Assembly (NCBI RefSeq): GCF_001194135.2
Contig: NC_069000.1
Coordinates: 44,980,756-45,044,755, forward strand
DNA: 64,000 nucleotides
Source: Octopus bimaculoides
Lineage: Eukaryota
Reading direction: 5' to 3'
A program made the translations under genes and the position numbers. Below, in pieces: positions 24,257 to 38,296 of the stretch; position 1 is the stretch's first letter; each line of letters starts with the position of its first letter. The notes under the pieces are model-generated. The model worked only from the letters and a program-made list of their open reading frames with translations. It was not told the DNA's origin and searched no databases.

Positions 24257-24919
24257 TTTTTACTGAAATGAACAGAACATTCAAGAGAACATAAGTGGAT
24301 TTCTTGTGGGAACTGTGGGGTGTGTGTGCGCGTTGTGTATGTGTGTGTGTGTTTGTTGTGAGTTTTGTGTATGTGTGTTTGTTTCAGTGAGTGTGTTTGT
24401 GAATGTGTGAGCATGTGCATGTGTGAGTATTTATGTGTATGTGAATGTGTGTGTGTATGTGTATGTGTTTGTGCATGAGTGTGTGTTTGTGTGTTTCTGT
24501 GTGTGCTTGTGTGTGTTTGTGTGTGCATGCGTATGTGTGTGTTCCTAATATATAAAAAAAAGTGGGATATTCATGGTGTGAGATATCTTTCATTATAACA
24601 CAGGTCTGCTTGATTGAGATGAGACTAAAGAGCTACAGCAGCAGCAGCAGCAGCAGCAGGTGCAGCAACAACATCAGCAGGTGCAGCAAGAGAAGGCTGC
24701 AACAGTAATAACAACATAAACAACAACATCACCATCAACAGCAAGCACAGTAACAACAACAAGATGCCAACACCGATTCCATGATTCCATCAGACACGAC
24801 AAGATGTCAAACAGCCAGAATTTCTTTATTCCATGAGGGAAAAAAATCCCCAAAACATGGCAGATCTCCAAGCGTTCCTTCAAATTTTTAATGAAAATAT
24901 TAAAAAGAATGTTACGTAT

Positions 24920-24987
<68 letters not shown>

Positions 24988-25960
24988 CACACATACATAA
25001 TACATATATATATGCATGTATATATGTATGTATGTATAAATCTATATATATGCACATATTTTGTCTTGATTCAAAGCACATAATGTATGTGTGTATATGT
25101 ATAAATATATATATACATATATATATGCACACACACACATAAATGTATGTATATATGCATATATATATGTGTATATATATATATACGTACATATTTCCTC
25201 ATGACACAAGACATACATATGCACACAATAGCTACAACATCAGTACATGTGAACCTGGCCACATTATGATAATTGTTGGCATGTATTTACTGTTTTCTTA
25301 GATAATAAATTAACCTAGAGCAACAAACTGTTGTCTAGGCCAGCAGTTCCCAGACTTATTTTGGCACAGGAACCATTATATGGTTTTCCAAAAATCACAG
25401 ACCCCATATCTGTACTGGGCGTAGTTATTTTTCATGGTATCTGTACTGTACCTTCAAATCTTTGTACAGGAACTGACAGTGCTGTGTGTAGACAAGCAGT
25501 GGAATCACTGACATGTTTGGAAATTGGTAGCATAGTGAGACAGATAGAGATATGGTCCAGGCCATGACAGGTAGCCTATTCAGTTAGGATGTGAAAGTAA
25601 AGGTAAAGATCTCCCTTTGGTCATGAATGATCATGGAACTGCACCTAGAAAGTTCCCCTAAGTCCAGGCAAGATTGTTTATGGAAGACCAGCAGTTGCCC
25701 ATGCACGCCACCCGCAGTTGCCCTGTCCATGCCACCAGTGCTATCCAAGGGAAAGGCAAAGGGGCCGATACAGCTTGGCACCTGTGACATCGCAACTCAT
25801 TTCTACAGCTGAGTGGATTGGAGCAATGTGAAATAAAGTGTCTTGCTCAAGAACACAACATGCAGCTTGGTCTCAGAATCAAACGAACTCATTACCACAA
25901 GATTGTGAGTCGGCGGCTCTAACCACTGAGCTATGTGCCTTGGCAAAAACTTAACAGAAG

Positions 25961-26065
25961 AAATGACAGATGGTTATGTGCAGACCCTTCTGAAGTTCCA
26001 AGTGTTATGCATAAAAAATTTCCTGCAACTGTCATGGTTTTAGGAGTTGTTAGCAATAGAAATGG
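25961..26065 (+). mobile_element. Tc1/mariner-superfamily transposase fragment
   Basis: NDRWLCADPSEVPSVMHKKFPATVMVLGVVSN resembles the region after the first catalytic D (K.P.xVMVxGxV). Confidence 0.6.
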
Positions 26066-26084
26066 TCTCCAAGAATGACAAAAC

Positions 26085-26410
26085 AATCATACTGTGTGTT
26101 ATATACTAATGCACACAGGCAGGAAAAATAAGACTAACAAACCAGATATTGTTGTCAGAGACTGTCAGAAAAGGGAAAAACCTCCTAATTGACATTGCAG
26201 TCCCACCAGATAATAATTGAGGAATTATCTAAATATAAAGATCTGAAAATAGAGATAAATGAAATGTGGGGCCTGAAAAGAGAAACAATCTCTATAATAA
26301 TTAGGGCTTTGGGAATGATAAAATTAAAAGCACACAGATAAATACATAAACCAAACAAACCCCTGGGCTTACAAATATGTATATATATGTATATATAAAA
26401 CACTGAAACT
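26085..26410 (+). mobile_element. R4/Dong-like non-LTR element, restriction-like endonuclease fragment
   Basis: NKPDIVVRD..LLIDIAVPPD..LSKYKDLKIEINEMWGLKRETISIIIRALG (PD..D..K motif) with frameshifts. Confidence 0.75.
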
Positions 26411-26807
26411 AGCATTACTAGATGCTTGCAAATGTATTAATGTAGGGTACTTTTAATTCAGTAGGAAAAAAAAAAAAATAACAAAGACCAAAACAAAACA
26501 TTGCACATACCCAGGGTGAACAAAACTGGGCTTGGTATTGCAGCGAAAGCATGAAGTGTAAATAAGATAAGTGAATAATGATGATAATAATAATAATAAT
26601 AATCATAATAATAATAATAATAATAATGATGGTGATGGTGGTGATGATGATGATGGTGATGATGACGACGATGATGATGATGGGTTCTAATCTATGCACA
26701 AGGACATTACTACCATCACACCACCACCACCACCACCACCACCACCACCACCACTGCCGCCGCCATTATCATATCATCAGCATCATTTCAACATGTCATG
26801 CCATCAT

Positions 26808-26844
<37 letters not shown>

Positions 26845-27040
26845 GCTATTACTACTACTACTACTAGCCTCACCTCCCTATCATTCCCACATGCCTTCAA
26901 CTACCAACATTGCCAATCCACTTCTCCCGTCAATCATCATATTGCTACTGCTGTGTAACTAGTACCACCACCACCACCACCGCCACCACAACAACAACAA
27001 CAACAACAACAGCAACAGCAGCAGCAGCAGCAGCGACGAG

Positions 27041-27118
<78 letters not shown>

Positions 27119-27448
27119 AACAACAACAACAACACTATACAAGGAAGCAGAATGTAGAACAAACTCAAATGTTTGTTTATCAGAATAAAATTTCTTAAAG
27201 TTTTGGAAAGAGAAAAATTCCCCACCTCCCCACCTCCTCTCTTTCACCATAACTATGTCTGTCTGTCTGTCTGTCTGTCTGCATTTATGTGTCATTCTCT
27301 CTGTTTGTCTGTTTTTCTCTTTTGTGCATGGCCCCTATGCATAACACTCCCCACTAACACCTGTTGGAAACTCTAAAAATGGATTTAATTGATTTTCACC
27401 ATCCTTTTTTGATTGTGTGTGTGTGTGTGTGTGCATGTATGTATGAGT

Positions 27449-27481
<33 letters not shown>

Positions 27482-28490
27482 TATCTATTTGTCTATGTAT
27501 CTGTCTTATTATTATTATTATTATTATTATTATCATTATTAAGGTGGCGTGTTGGCAGAATCGTTAGCACTCTGGATGAAAAGCTTAGCAGTTTTTCGTC
27601 TGTCTTTATGTTCTGAGTTCAAATTCCACTGAGGTAGACTTTGCCTTTCATCCTTTCAGGGTCAACAAATTAAGTACCAAATCAAGTACCAGGGGTCGAT
27701 GTAATCGACTATCCTCCTCCCCCAAATTTCAGGCCTTGTGCCTATAATAGAAAGGATTATTATTATCATTAATCTAAACCACACAAAAAGCCTAGTGAAA
27801 TTCAATTACCCAAGGTTTCCTGGCTGGATTATTAAATTTATTCTGCTATACCTCAAGCTGGTAATGTCAACACGGTGGTGCTGCGTTAGCAGCACCGTAT
27901 GAGTCAAACATCTCTTAACTACCACAGGAAACCCCGGGGAGCTGAATTCCTCAGGGTTTTTGTCTGGCTTTTATTAATAACATCTTTACTCTCTCAACTG
28001 ACTGACCGAGTGCCCTACTTGAACTTCACACCACAGGAGGAGAAATTGTGAGTACAAAAGTAGATGTGTGACTGCTACAGCTATGTGTAGAGCTCTACAT
28101 AGATTATCATAATCCAGTCTGCTTTCTGCATTGTTGTTATTTAGTTTTGATACAGATTAGCACAAGAGAGAGAATGTATGAGAAATAAGGATAAACACTG
28201 GTTTATGTAATTACAACAGAAGACTTGTGTTTATCCTTATTTCTCATATATATATATATATATCATCATCATCATCATCATCATCATCGTCGTTTAACAT
28301 CCGCTTTCCATGCTAGCATGGGTTGGACGATTTGACTGAGGACTGGTGGACCAGGAGGTGACACCAGGCTCCAATCTGATTTGGCAGAGTTTCTACAGCT
28401 GGATGCCCTTCCTAATGTCAACCACTCCGAGAGTGTAGTGGGTGCTTATATATATATATATATAATTCCTCATCTCTTAAATATAGAACT

Positions 28491-28810
28491 GAATGACTCC
28501 CTTTGGTCATGACTGACCCTGGGATTGCACCTAGGCACAAGTCTGGGCAAGGTTGTCTATGGAAGACCAGCAGTCGCCCATGCATACCAGCCTCCGCTCT
28601 CCACGCCACCGATGTTATCCAAAGGAAAGGCAAAGGCCGATACAGCTTGGCACCAGTGATGTCGCAACTCATTTCTACAGCTGAGTTAACTAGAATAACG
28701 TGAAATAAAGTGTCTTGCTCAAGAATACAACACACAGCCCAGTCAATAAATTGAACTCACTGCTTTAGGAATGTGAGTTCAACACCCTAACCATTGAGCC
28801 ACGAGCCTTC
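28491..28810 (-). mobile_element. tRNA-derived CORE-like SINE family E (other copy 25590-25942)
   Basis: Minus strand: gaaggctcgtggctcaatggttaggg..gagttcaa head, then gtgttgtattcttgagcaagacactttatttcac core; two homologous copies. Confidence 0.8.
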
Positions 28811-29388
28811 ACTATCAAAAAATATACACCAGAGAAATGTTATAGTATAAAATCAGCTGAGGAATTTTTATAGATTTTAGAAGAAAATTGGTACAATAGG
28901 TACCAATTCCACATTAGATGTAGGAGGTTTGTTCTAAAAATGGCACAATCTATCAGCAACCTTTTTTTAATTGTCTGGCCACGCCTGGATAAGAAGTTTG
29001 GAATGGTCCACAACTGCTGTCAGAATGACCAGCAGTAGAACAGGTTAGATATCACTGTATCCCTTGTCTGTGGAAGTGAACAGAATATCTGAGGGTGGGG
29101 AAGGGGGTTAACGAATGCAGTGGGGGAGGTGGGTGAAGTGTATGACGAGTGGGGGGAGGTGGGAAGTCTTAGATGAGAGAGAGAGAGAGAGAGAAGGACA
29201 GGAATAAGATGAGTCAGAAAAGATTAACTGATGTTGGTTAACTGGTTTATAATTTTAAAGGGGCTACTGAAAAATTGTGTGCATATATATATATATGTAT
29301 GTATATAAACACACATACACATAGATATACATATACACGCATCCACATGTAGATGTGTGTGTGTGTGGGTGTATGTATATATATATGC

Positions 29389-29666
29389 ATATATGGGTAC
29401 AGGACATCACTAACAGTAAACAACATGAAATACGAAAACAAATAAGTTAAATATGCAAATAACGAGAAGGAAAAAAAGGACAAGGAATACAAAGAATGAC
29501 CCCTCATCAGTTGTTGACTGTCTATCTACTCCCCAGCTGACAACGGACGAAGGGTCATTCCTTGTATTCCTTGTCTTTTTTTTCTCTCTTGTTATTTGCG
29601 TATATAACTCATTTGTTTTCGTATTTCATGTTATTTACTGTTGGTGATGTCCTCTACCCATATATG
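29389..29666. repeat. Long inverted duplication (~125-bp arms, ~20-nt spacer) of a dispersed repeat also seen at ~61830-61960
   Basis: atatgggtacaggacatcac..aaagaatgacccctcatcagttg pairs with caacggacgaagggtcattcc..gtgatgtcctctacccatat. Confidence 0.9.
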
Positions 29667-29733
29667 CATATATATATATATATATTTATTATTTATATTA
29701 TTATTTAATTGAATGCTACACATCTATTTCCAA

Positions 29734-29772
<39 letters not shown>

Positions 29773-30329
29773 TACATACATATATGCATACTTATGTGTA
29801 TATATATACACATTATACACAGACACACACACACTCATACACACATATATTTACCCACACACACATATATACATTCATACAAACAAACATACACACAGAC
29901 ACATGTACATATACACATATACAACAGCATATCTAAAGTCTTTATCAGTTTTGATGGACAACATTGAGAAAAAACAAGACAAAACACCAGTGACATGGAA
30001 TGACCATTATAATAGATCTCACATCTGGTAGCATCATTGAATATTCACAAAACTTCCATGACAAATTCTTCGTGTGGCATACCATTAACTTTCTGCGTTG
30101 ATAAATTTTGCCCAAAAGCGTTAATTAAATTTATTTATCTGACTGGCTTCCACAGATTTTCCCTATCAAATTCTGCTCCTAAGGCATTGGTCCAGGTGCT
30201 GTGCAGTGAGATTGAACCTAGAACCATGTGGAGTGTGAAATGATCATCTTTACTGCATGATCATGTTTGTGCTTCATGTGAAGCATCTACATGTATTTTA
30301 TGCGTATGTAAAGGTATGTATGTATATGA

Positions 30330-30368
<39 letters not shown>

Positions 30369-30409
30369 AAGAGAATGAGATAGCTAGATGTAAGTGTATA
30401 TAAATATAA

Positions 30410-30500
<91 letters not shown>

Positions 30501-30811
30501 TACACATATACATATATGAATGTATATACGCAACAATGTATGCATATGCATACATTTTTGTGTGTGTGTGTGTGCGTGTGTGTGTGTGTGTGTGCATGCA
30601 TGCATATATATATATGTATATATACTTACATTTTGTATGAAATGGTAAAAAGTTAAAAACCAAATTCTCTTACCGTCTCAGAGTGGCAGGAACCAACTGA
30701 CTTATGTAAGTCTCCAAGACATGCAGATATATTATGTACACATAGAACTGTATACAACTGTTTGTGTGTGGGTGTTGATATACATACACGCATACATACA
30801 CATGTGCATAC

Positions 30812-30914
<103 letters not shown>

Positions 30915-31274
30915 TATATATAAAATGTATGAATGTATGTATTTATGTGTGTATGTATGTATATATATGTGTGTGTATGTTTGCAAATGAAATGTATAAA
31001 TATTTACAAAACATTTAATAATCCAAAATATAAAGAAAAGGGAAAAAATTAAACACGAATAGAGACGTATAAAGAGAGATAGATAGAGAGGGAGGGAGAA
31101 AGAGAAGGACAATGAAAGAGAGAGAGAGAGAGAGAGAGGGGGAGAGAGTGAGGTGGGGTGGTTAGAGAAAGTGTGAAAGGAGAATAAGGAGTTATATGAT
31201 GATAAGTAAATCTACAGCATGTGTGGCTATATATATACATACATATATATATATATATATATACATATATATAC

Positions 31275-31323
<49 letters not shown>

Positions 31324-31444
31324 CACAGTATATATCTCTCAACAAATGCCCCCACCTATGAAGCAACTTTTATTTAAAGTCCCATTGCTTCCAGTCTTTA
31401 TATATGTATATATATNNNNNNNNNNNNNNNNNNNNNNNNNNNNN

Positions 31445-31503
<59 letters not shown>

Positions 31504-31679
31504 TCATACATAAAGACATACAGATGTTAGATCAGTATTTCCACTGATGCAATTGTTGTAGTTGTTGTTGTTACTCATACTGTTATGTTACTATTGTTGT
31601 TGTTGTTATTATTATTGTTGCTACTGTGAAGCTACTGCTGCTGTAATTGTTGTTGCTTTCAAGCCGCTGCTGTTTTTGT

Positions 31680-31712
<33 letters not shown>

Positions 31713-31975
31713 TTAATAATGGTTTCAGATTTTGGCACAAGGCCAGTAATTTCGGGGAGGAAGGTAAGTCAATTGCATCGACCCCCATTACTCAGCTGGT
31801 ATTTATTTTATCGACCCCCTGAAAAGGATGAAAGGCAGAGACGACTTTGGCAGAATTTGAACTCAAAATGTGAAGACAGATGAAATACTGCAAAGCATTT
31901 CATCCAGCGTACTAATGATTCTGCTTGTTCACCACCTTTTATAACATAATAATAATAATAATAATATTAAATAGC

Positions 31976-32015
<40 letters not shown>

Positions 32016-32063
32016 TTAAATAGCAATAATAGCAATAATAATAATAATAATAATAATAATAAG

Positions 32064-32272
32064 CCGTTGCCAGTACTGCCTGAGTGGCCTTCGTGCTGGT
32101 GGCACGTAAAAAACGCCAGCTACACTCTTGGAGTGGTTGGCGTTAGGAAGCGCATCCAGCTGTAGAAACTCTGCCAAATCAGATTGGAGCCTGGTGTAGC
32201 CATCTGGTTCACCAGTCCTCAGTCAAATCGTCCAACCCATGCTAGCGTGGAAAGCGGACGTTAAACGATGAT
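32064..32272 (+). mobile_element. Dispersed retroposon family D with (GAT)n tail (copies ~1195-1390, 5487-5620, 28265-28450, 41190-41430, 41750-42105, 47750-47900, 53765-53900)
   Basis: Shared ggagtggttggcgttaggaagggcatccagctgtagaaac..ccaacccatgctagcatggaaagcggacgttaaacgatgat; one copy follows the RTE fragment across the gap at 4741-5486. Confidence 0.85.
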
Positions 32273-32931
32273 CATGAATGATTAAGATGAAGAAGAAGAA
32301 GGCAGCTAGCTGGCAGAGACGTTAGCACACTGGGTGAAATTCTTAGCGTTATTTCGTCTATCTTTACGTTCTGAGTTCAAATTCTGCCAAGGTCGACTTT
32401 GCCTTGTATTTTTTCCCCACACAGCTTCACTACATGTATTGGTCAGTGGTGTGGCAAACATCTCCAGCAGAATAAATACCAGATTCAAAAAAAAAATAGT
32501 AATAAGAGAAAAAGTACTGAGGTTGATTTGTTCATCTAAATTCTTCAAAGCAGTACTCCAGCATGGCCACAGTCAATTGACTGAAACAAGTAAAAGACTA
32601 ACAGACCAAACAAATAAGTATTTGAAGATCAGTTAATGTGTAACTACCAAGAGCACATGTGACACTTCTTGCCCAGTATGTGCCTCTGACATGATTATGA
32701 GACTCCCTCCTGTGCGTATTATTTCCCAGGGATGGCATATAGCCAGTGTTGTGAGGTACCCGGGTGCAATCTCACTGGAGAGTTTTCACCTCTGTATGGG
32801 TATCTGACCCAAATTTCTGCTCCAAGTTGTTTTTATATCTTGCTTTAATTAATGTGTGTCCTTACACTATCATGTATTTATGGTCCCTTTTAATAAAGTA
32901 CCACCAGAACACTGGCACTGAAGGTACTGCC

Positions 32932-33160
32932 TTAACCCTTTTGTTACTGGTATTTATTTTGAGATGCTCTGTGCTTCTTTCAATTAATTTTAAATATAAC
33001 AAAGAATTTAGTAAAATAACTTCGTTATCATTCAGCAAACTTTAGGAACATAAATTGTGACTAAGGTTTGGTGGAAGATTTTAATTCAAAACTTATGAAA
33101 ACAAGACATTTGTACTAGAGCCAGAGGTGGTTTCAGCCAGGTTGGTAACGAAAGGGTTAA
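32932..33160. mobile_element. piggyBac-like MITE with TTAA ends (partial copy ~5970-6047)
   Basis: ttaa-cccttttgttac ... gtaacgaaaggg-ttaa. Confidence 0.75.
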
Positions 33161-33173
33161 TCTCTTCTCCACA

Positions 33174-33995
33174 AAATTGCTAACCTTGTGTAGTGGCATT
33201 TGTTCCAACTCTTTACATTGTGAGTTCAAATCATGCCACGGACAGCTTTCATTTTGTCCCTCTGGAGTCAACAGAAATATGGTACAGGCTGAGGACTGGG
33301 GTCAAGTATTATCTACTATGTTCCTTTCTCTCAAAATTGCAGGCCTTGTGCCTAAATCCAGAAACCATTGCCATCATTATTATTATTAAGGTGGTGAGAT
33401 GGCAGAGTCGTTAGTGAGTTGGACAAATTAACAGGATTTCTCTCAGTTCTTTATGTGCTGAGTTCAAATACCACCACAGTTGACTTTGCCTTTCATCCTT
33501 TCAGGGTCATTGACATAAGTACCAGTTGCATACTAGGGTTGACTGACTGAATCGTTAGCACACTGGATGAAATGCTTCGAGGTATTTCACTTGCCGCAAT
33601 GTTCTGAGTTCAAATTCTGCCGAAGTTGACTTCGCTTTTCATCCTTTTGGACTCGATAAATTAAGTACCAGTTGCATACTGGGGGTCGATCTGACTGCCC
33701 GCCCCCAAATTTCGGGCCTTGTGCCTAGAGTAGAAAAGATTATTATTATTATTATTAAAGTGGTGAGTTGGCAGAATCGTTAGCACATTGGGCAAAATGC
33801 ATAGCAGCATTTTGCTGTCTTTATGTTCTGAGTTCAAATTCCACCAAGGTCAACTTTGCCTTTCATCCTTTTAGTGGTCAATGAAATAAGTATCAGTTGA
33901 ACACTGGGGGTCGATGTAATCGCCTTATCCCCTCCCCACCACCCCAAATTTCAGGTCTTGTGCCAAAATTTGAAATCATCATTATTATTATTATT
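33174..33995 (+). mobile_element. Head-to-tail cluster of four tRNA-derived SINE family C copies
   Basis: Repeated gagttcaaat..gactttgcctttcatcctttc..aagtaccagttg..ggccttgtgcc..(att)n; more copies at ~1860-2000, 27540-27770, 31720-31940, 39680-39850, 49660-49875, 56778-56996, 57988-58130. Confidence 0.85.
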
Positions 33996-34500
33996 ATGTA
34001 AGAAATCAACATGTTGATGGTGAGTCTCAGGACTTATCGTGATTGTGACCACCAATACAACCATGACCACCACCACCATCATCATTGTTATTACTGCTTT
34101 TACTATAAGCTACAAACGTCTGTAGTATTAAATACTTTCTAAGTTATGCCAGATCAGAATCCACAAAGAGTTTACTAGCAGCAGCAGCAGCAGTAGCAGC
34201 AGTGTTCCAGTTAGAATGATACTTCATTAGACAGGTTGGGGAAGAGGAGTGATGGTGGTGGTGGTGGGGGGAGGAGAAAATAATGAAGCAGAATGTATTT
34301 GTGGATGGGTTTGTGTGTGTGGTTCCATAAGCAGATGTGTATGTGCACGTGTGTGAGTGTATGTAACTTTATGTGTATGTGTGTCTGTGCATAGTATGTA
34401 TATTTCTGTATGTATGTATATATATATACACACACACACACAATATTATATAGTGTCAAATCAAAAGAATGGAAGTAATTTTAGTTAGTCTGTGAAAGCA

Positions 34501-34539
<39 letters not shown>

Positions 34540-34605
34540 GTGTGTCTATATGTCTATATATATATATATATGTGTCTATATATATATATATGTATATATA
34601 TGTAT

Positions 34606-34637
<32 letters not shown>

Positions 34638-34674
34638 GTATGCATGTATATATGTATATATATCTATATGTATG

Positions 34675-34708
<34 letters not shown>

Positions 34709-34783
34709 CACACACACATGCATACATAGACATAAACATGTTTATAAATACATATATGTTTACATGCAGAGAGATACATGTGT

Positions 34784-34822
<39 letters not shown>

Positions 34823-34846
34823 CACAGTATACACACACATATACAA

Positions 34847-34890
<44 letters not shown>

Positions 34891-37800
34891 ATACAGTAAA
34901 ACTGAAAAGAATGGAAGCAATTTCGGTCGGTCTGCTGCGAAAGTAGGAACCGAATATGACTCACAGAAAGAAGAAAGAAGGAGGAGGAGGAGGAAAAGAA
35001 GAGAGAAGAAAATAAGAAAAAAAAGAAAAAGAGACGTGGATGGGGGGAAGAAGGGGAGGGGGNNNNNNNNNNNNNNNNNNNNNNNNNNNNNNNNNNNNNN
35101 NNNNNNNNNNNNNNNNNNNNNNNNNNNNNNNNNNNNNNNNNNNNNNNNNNNNNNNNNNNNNNNNNNNNNNNNNNNNNNNNNNNNNNNNNNNNNNNNNNNN
35201 NNNNNNNNNNNNNNNNNNNNNNNNNNNNNNNNNNNNNNNNNNNNNNNNNNNNNNNNNNNNNNNNNNNNNNNNNNNNNNNNNNNNNNNNNNNNNNNNNNNN
35301 NNNNNNNNNNNNNNNNNNNNNNNNNNNNNNNNNATCATCATCATCATCATCATTATTATTATTATTATTTACTTTTTTCCGTATGGTTTGGGCATGGGTA
35401 TGTGGGATATTTGCGGGTGGGGGGGGGGATATATGGTGTGTGTGCTGTTGGTCTAAGTTCAGCCCAATATTTTTAATTGTAGTGGTGGTGGTCACAGTGA
35501 TGGTGTTGGTAGTAGTATTAGTAATGGTAGTTGTGGTGGTGGTAGTGTGATAGTAGTAGTAGTAGTAGTAAAGGGGATGGTTGTGGTAGTTGTGATTGTA
35601 GTAGTAGTAGTAATAGCAACAGTTGCAGTGAGTGATGGTAGTAGTAGTAGTGGTGGTAGTAATACACACAAGACTTGTGTGTCTGTGTTCGTCCCTCCAC
35701 CATCACTTGACAACCGATGTTGGTGTGTTTACGTCCCCGAAACTTAGCGCTTTGGCAAAAAGAGACCTAAGTCTACAAAGAATAAGTCTTGGTGTCAATT
35801 TGTTCAACTAAAAGTGGTGCTCCAGCATGGCTGCAATCAAAATGCCTGAAACAAATAAAAGAACATAATATAGCAAATGACAGCTCCTCAAGGTGCCATA
35901 CAGTGGGACTGAACCTGAAACCATATGGCTGCAAATTGAGTTTCTTAAGTACAAACCCATGCCTTCGAATATTTACAAAAAATAACACCCCTATCAAAAA
36001 AAACAAAAAACAAAAAAAAACAACAACAGAGAACAAAGCGTGAAATGTTTCTTTAATAATTTATTATCATTTAAATAAAAAAAAAGAAAGAAACACAACA
36101 AAACATCCACAGGTAGTTAGTGTCAATAACAACAACAACATGAATGTTCCTAACAAAAGTGTGAGATAGGTCGTCATCCAAATATTCTATGTTGAAGTGC
36201 TGATATTGCACTCAAGCGGCATCGAATAAAGACCCTCTCTTCTGCATGAAGGGTCATTATGATGTCTTGTGTATAAGTTTAGAATCTAGATATGGTGGGA
36301 ATGGTGAGAGAGAAGAGGTTATTAGATAGGTGTATAGCTATTTGCATACATACACACATATATAAATATACATATGTATAGGTATATACACATGTATGTT
36401 TATGTGTGTGTGTGTGTGTGAGTATATCAAAGTAGCACAATTTTCATGAAACACTACCTGGTATATATGTTTTAAATATTTTTTCAATAATGTTTTTGGT
36501 TTAAAAAAAATATTAAACCATTTATATATGAATATATATATATATATATATATACACACAGATATATGCACACACATATATATATATATGTATGTGTGTG
36601 TGTATATATATACACACACACATACACACATTTCACTCTGGGTAAGATTTGAAAGCACAGCACAACCAAATTTTTCAGCAATATGAGAGTATTAAGGATG
36701 ACTTCTAAGACAGACTCAGAGATTAGAAATCTGGAGGTGGGTGGAGAAACAGCAGACTACATCGACCCCCCCACCCCTGTACTTAACAACAAGTATCATA
36801 TCCCCCCCCCCGGCTGGACAAAACGAGATGTAAACTAAAACAACAAAAAGGAAAAGTTTCATTAAAAACAGCAAAATATTGGTTCTGGAAGTGGGTAGGA
36901 GGTAGTCAGACGAGTAACCCAACCTCCTCGTTATCAGCTAAGAAACGAAACCTTTCCACCATAGAGAGGATTTCACTAACAACATACCTCTGGTGAAATC
37001 ATTATCATTTTAATATCCCCCTTTCCATGCTTGCTTGGGTCAGGTGGAATCTGTTGAGGCAGATTTTCCATGGCTGGATGTCTTTCCTGTCACCAACCCT
37101 CACCTGTTTCCTCAGCAAGGTGATATCTCCCCCCCCCCACCTAGGCCTAATGTGTTTTTTGTGGAAGATTTGAAATGAACAGCATTGCTTTTATGATGAT
37201 GATGATGATGGTGCTTAATTACAAACATCATCTAATGTCAAGACATGGGTACACATACACATGATGGGCTTCTTTCAGTTTCCATTCACAAGGCTCTGGT
37301 TGGTCTGGGGCGCATAGTGGGACTGAACCTGTAGCCACATGGCTGGAAAGCAAGCTGCCTAAACCACTCAGCCGCGTTTACACTTTCAAGCAATAACTAT
37401 TTACTAACAAACCTTACAGGATATCTTTACTACAGGGATTAAGGAAATAATACTTGTTCTGTGACGTGGTTTTCATAGAGATTAAAGATTAAGGATTATT
37501 TATGATACGTCATCTCCATCAGTTAATTAACTAACTTGAGTTGAGATTCAAAGTAACAGCAACAGTAAATATCTTGGACAACTGTGATAAATAATGGTTT
37601 TGGAGGTTTCTCCTGGTTTTGCTGGTTCTGGAAAAAAGACAAAACAAAACAAAACAGATAAACATAAATATAAACATTTCATTGCAATAATGATGATGAC
37701 GATAATGATAATAATAATAATAATAATAATAATGACGATGACGATGATGATGATAATTTCAATAGTAAAACTAATTGATGTTGTATATTTTCTGTATAAA

Positions 37801-38296
37801 ATCTCACCCAACACGTGTTTTGCGCAATCACCACACATACAACATATACCTGACGCCAGTCCTAAGCAAACTGTGGCCAGTGGGAGCTTCTGAATGGCAT
37901 GCCTAAAGAAAAAATTACCATCACTTTTATTTTTAGTAGCGTGGCTTGTCTGATGATGAGCCATGTCTCAGGTGCACGCAGCCACTTTGTAAAGGCATTG
38001 CCCGCACACCCACGTGTCCTTGCACCCTACCCAGTCACCACACTGACAATAAGGTGCCATTTGTAATTAACAGCTGATTGGTTAGAGCCATAATTAGGTC
38101 AATAGGATCGTCGGAAGCTGTGGAATTAATTGATTTAAAAGATTAAAGCAGGCATCTACAACAACATCAACGACAATGACAACAACAACAATGCCCTCTT
38201 ATCTTCGGCAACAGGCAAGTATGCATGCAGTAACAACGCAAATTACATACACAGGCAATTATACAACGCAGATGTATTTATGCGCACAAACTAATA

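Noticed and set aside
36185-36265. Two small hairpins (GTGC/GCAC, GACCCT/AGGGTC) as a possible snoRNA or other ncRNA
   Set aside because: No well-placed C/D or H/ACA boxes; stems short enough to be chance
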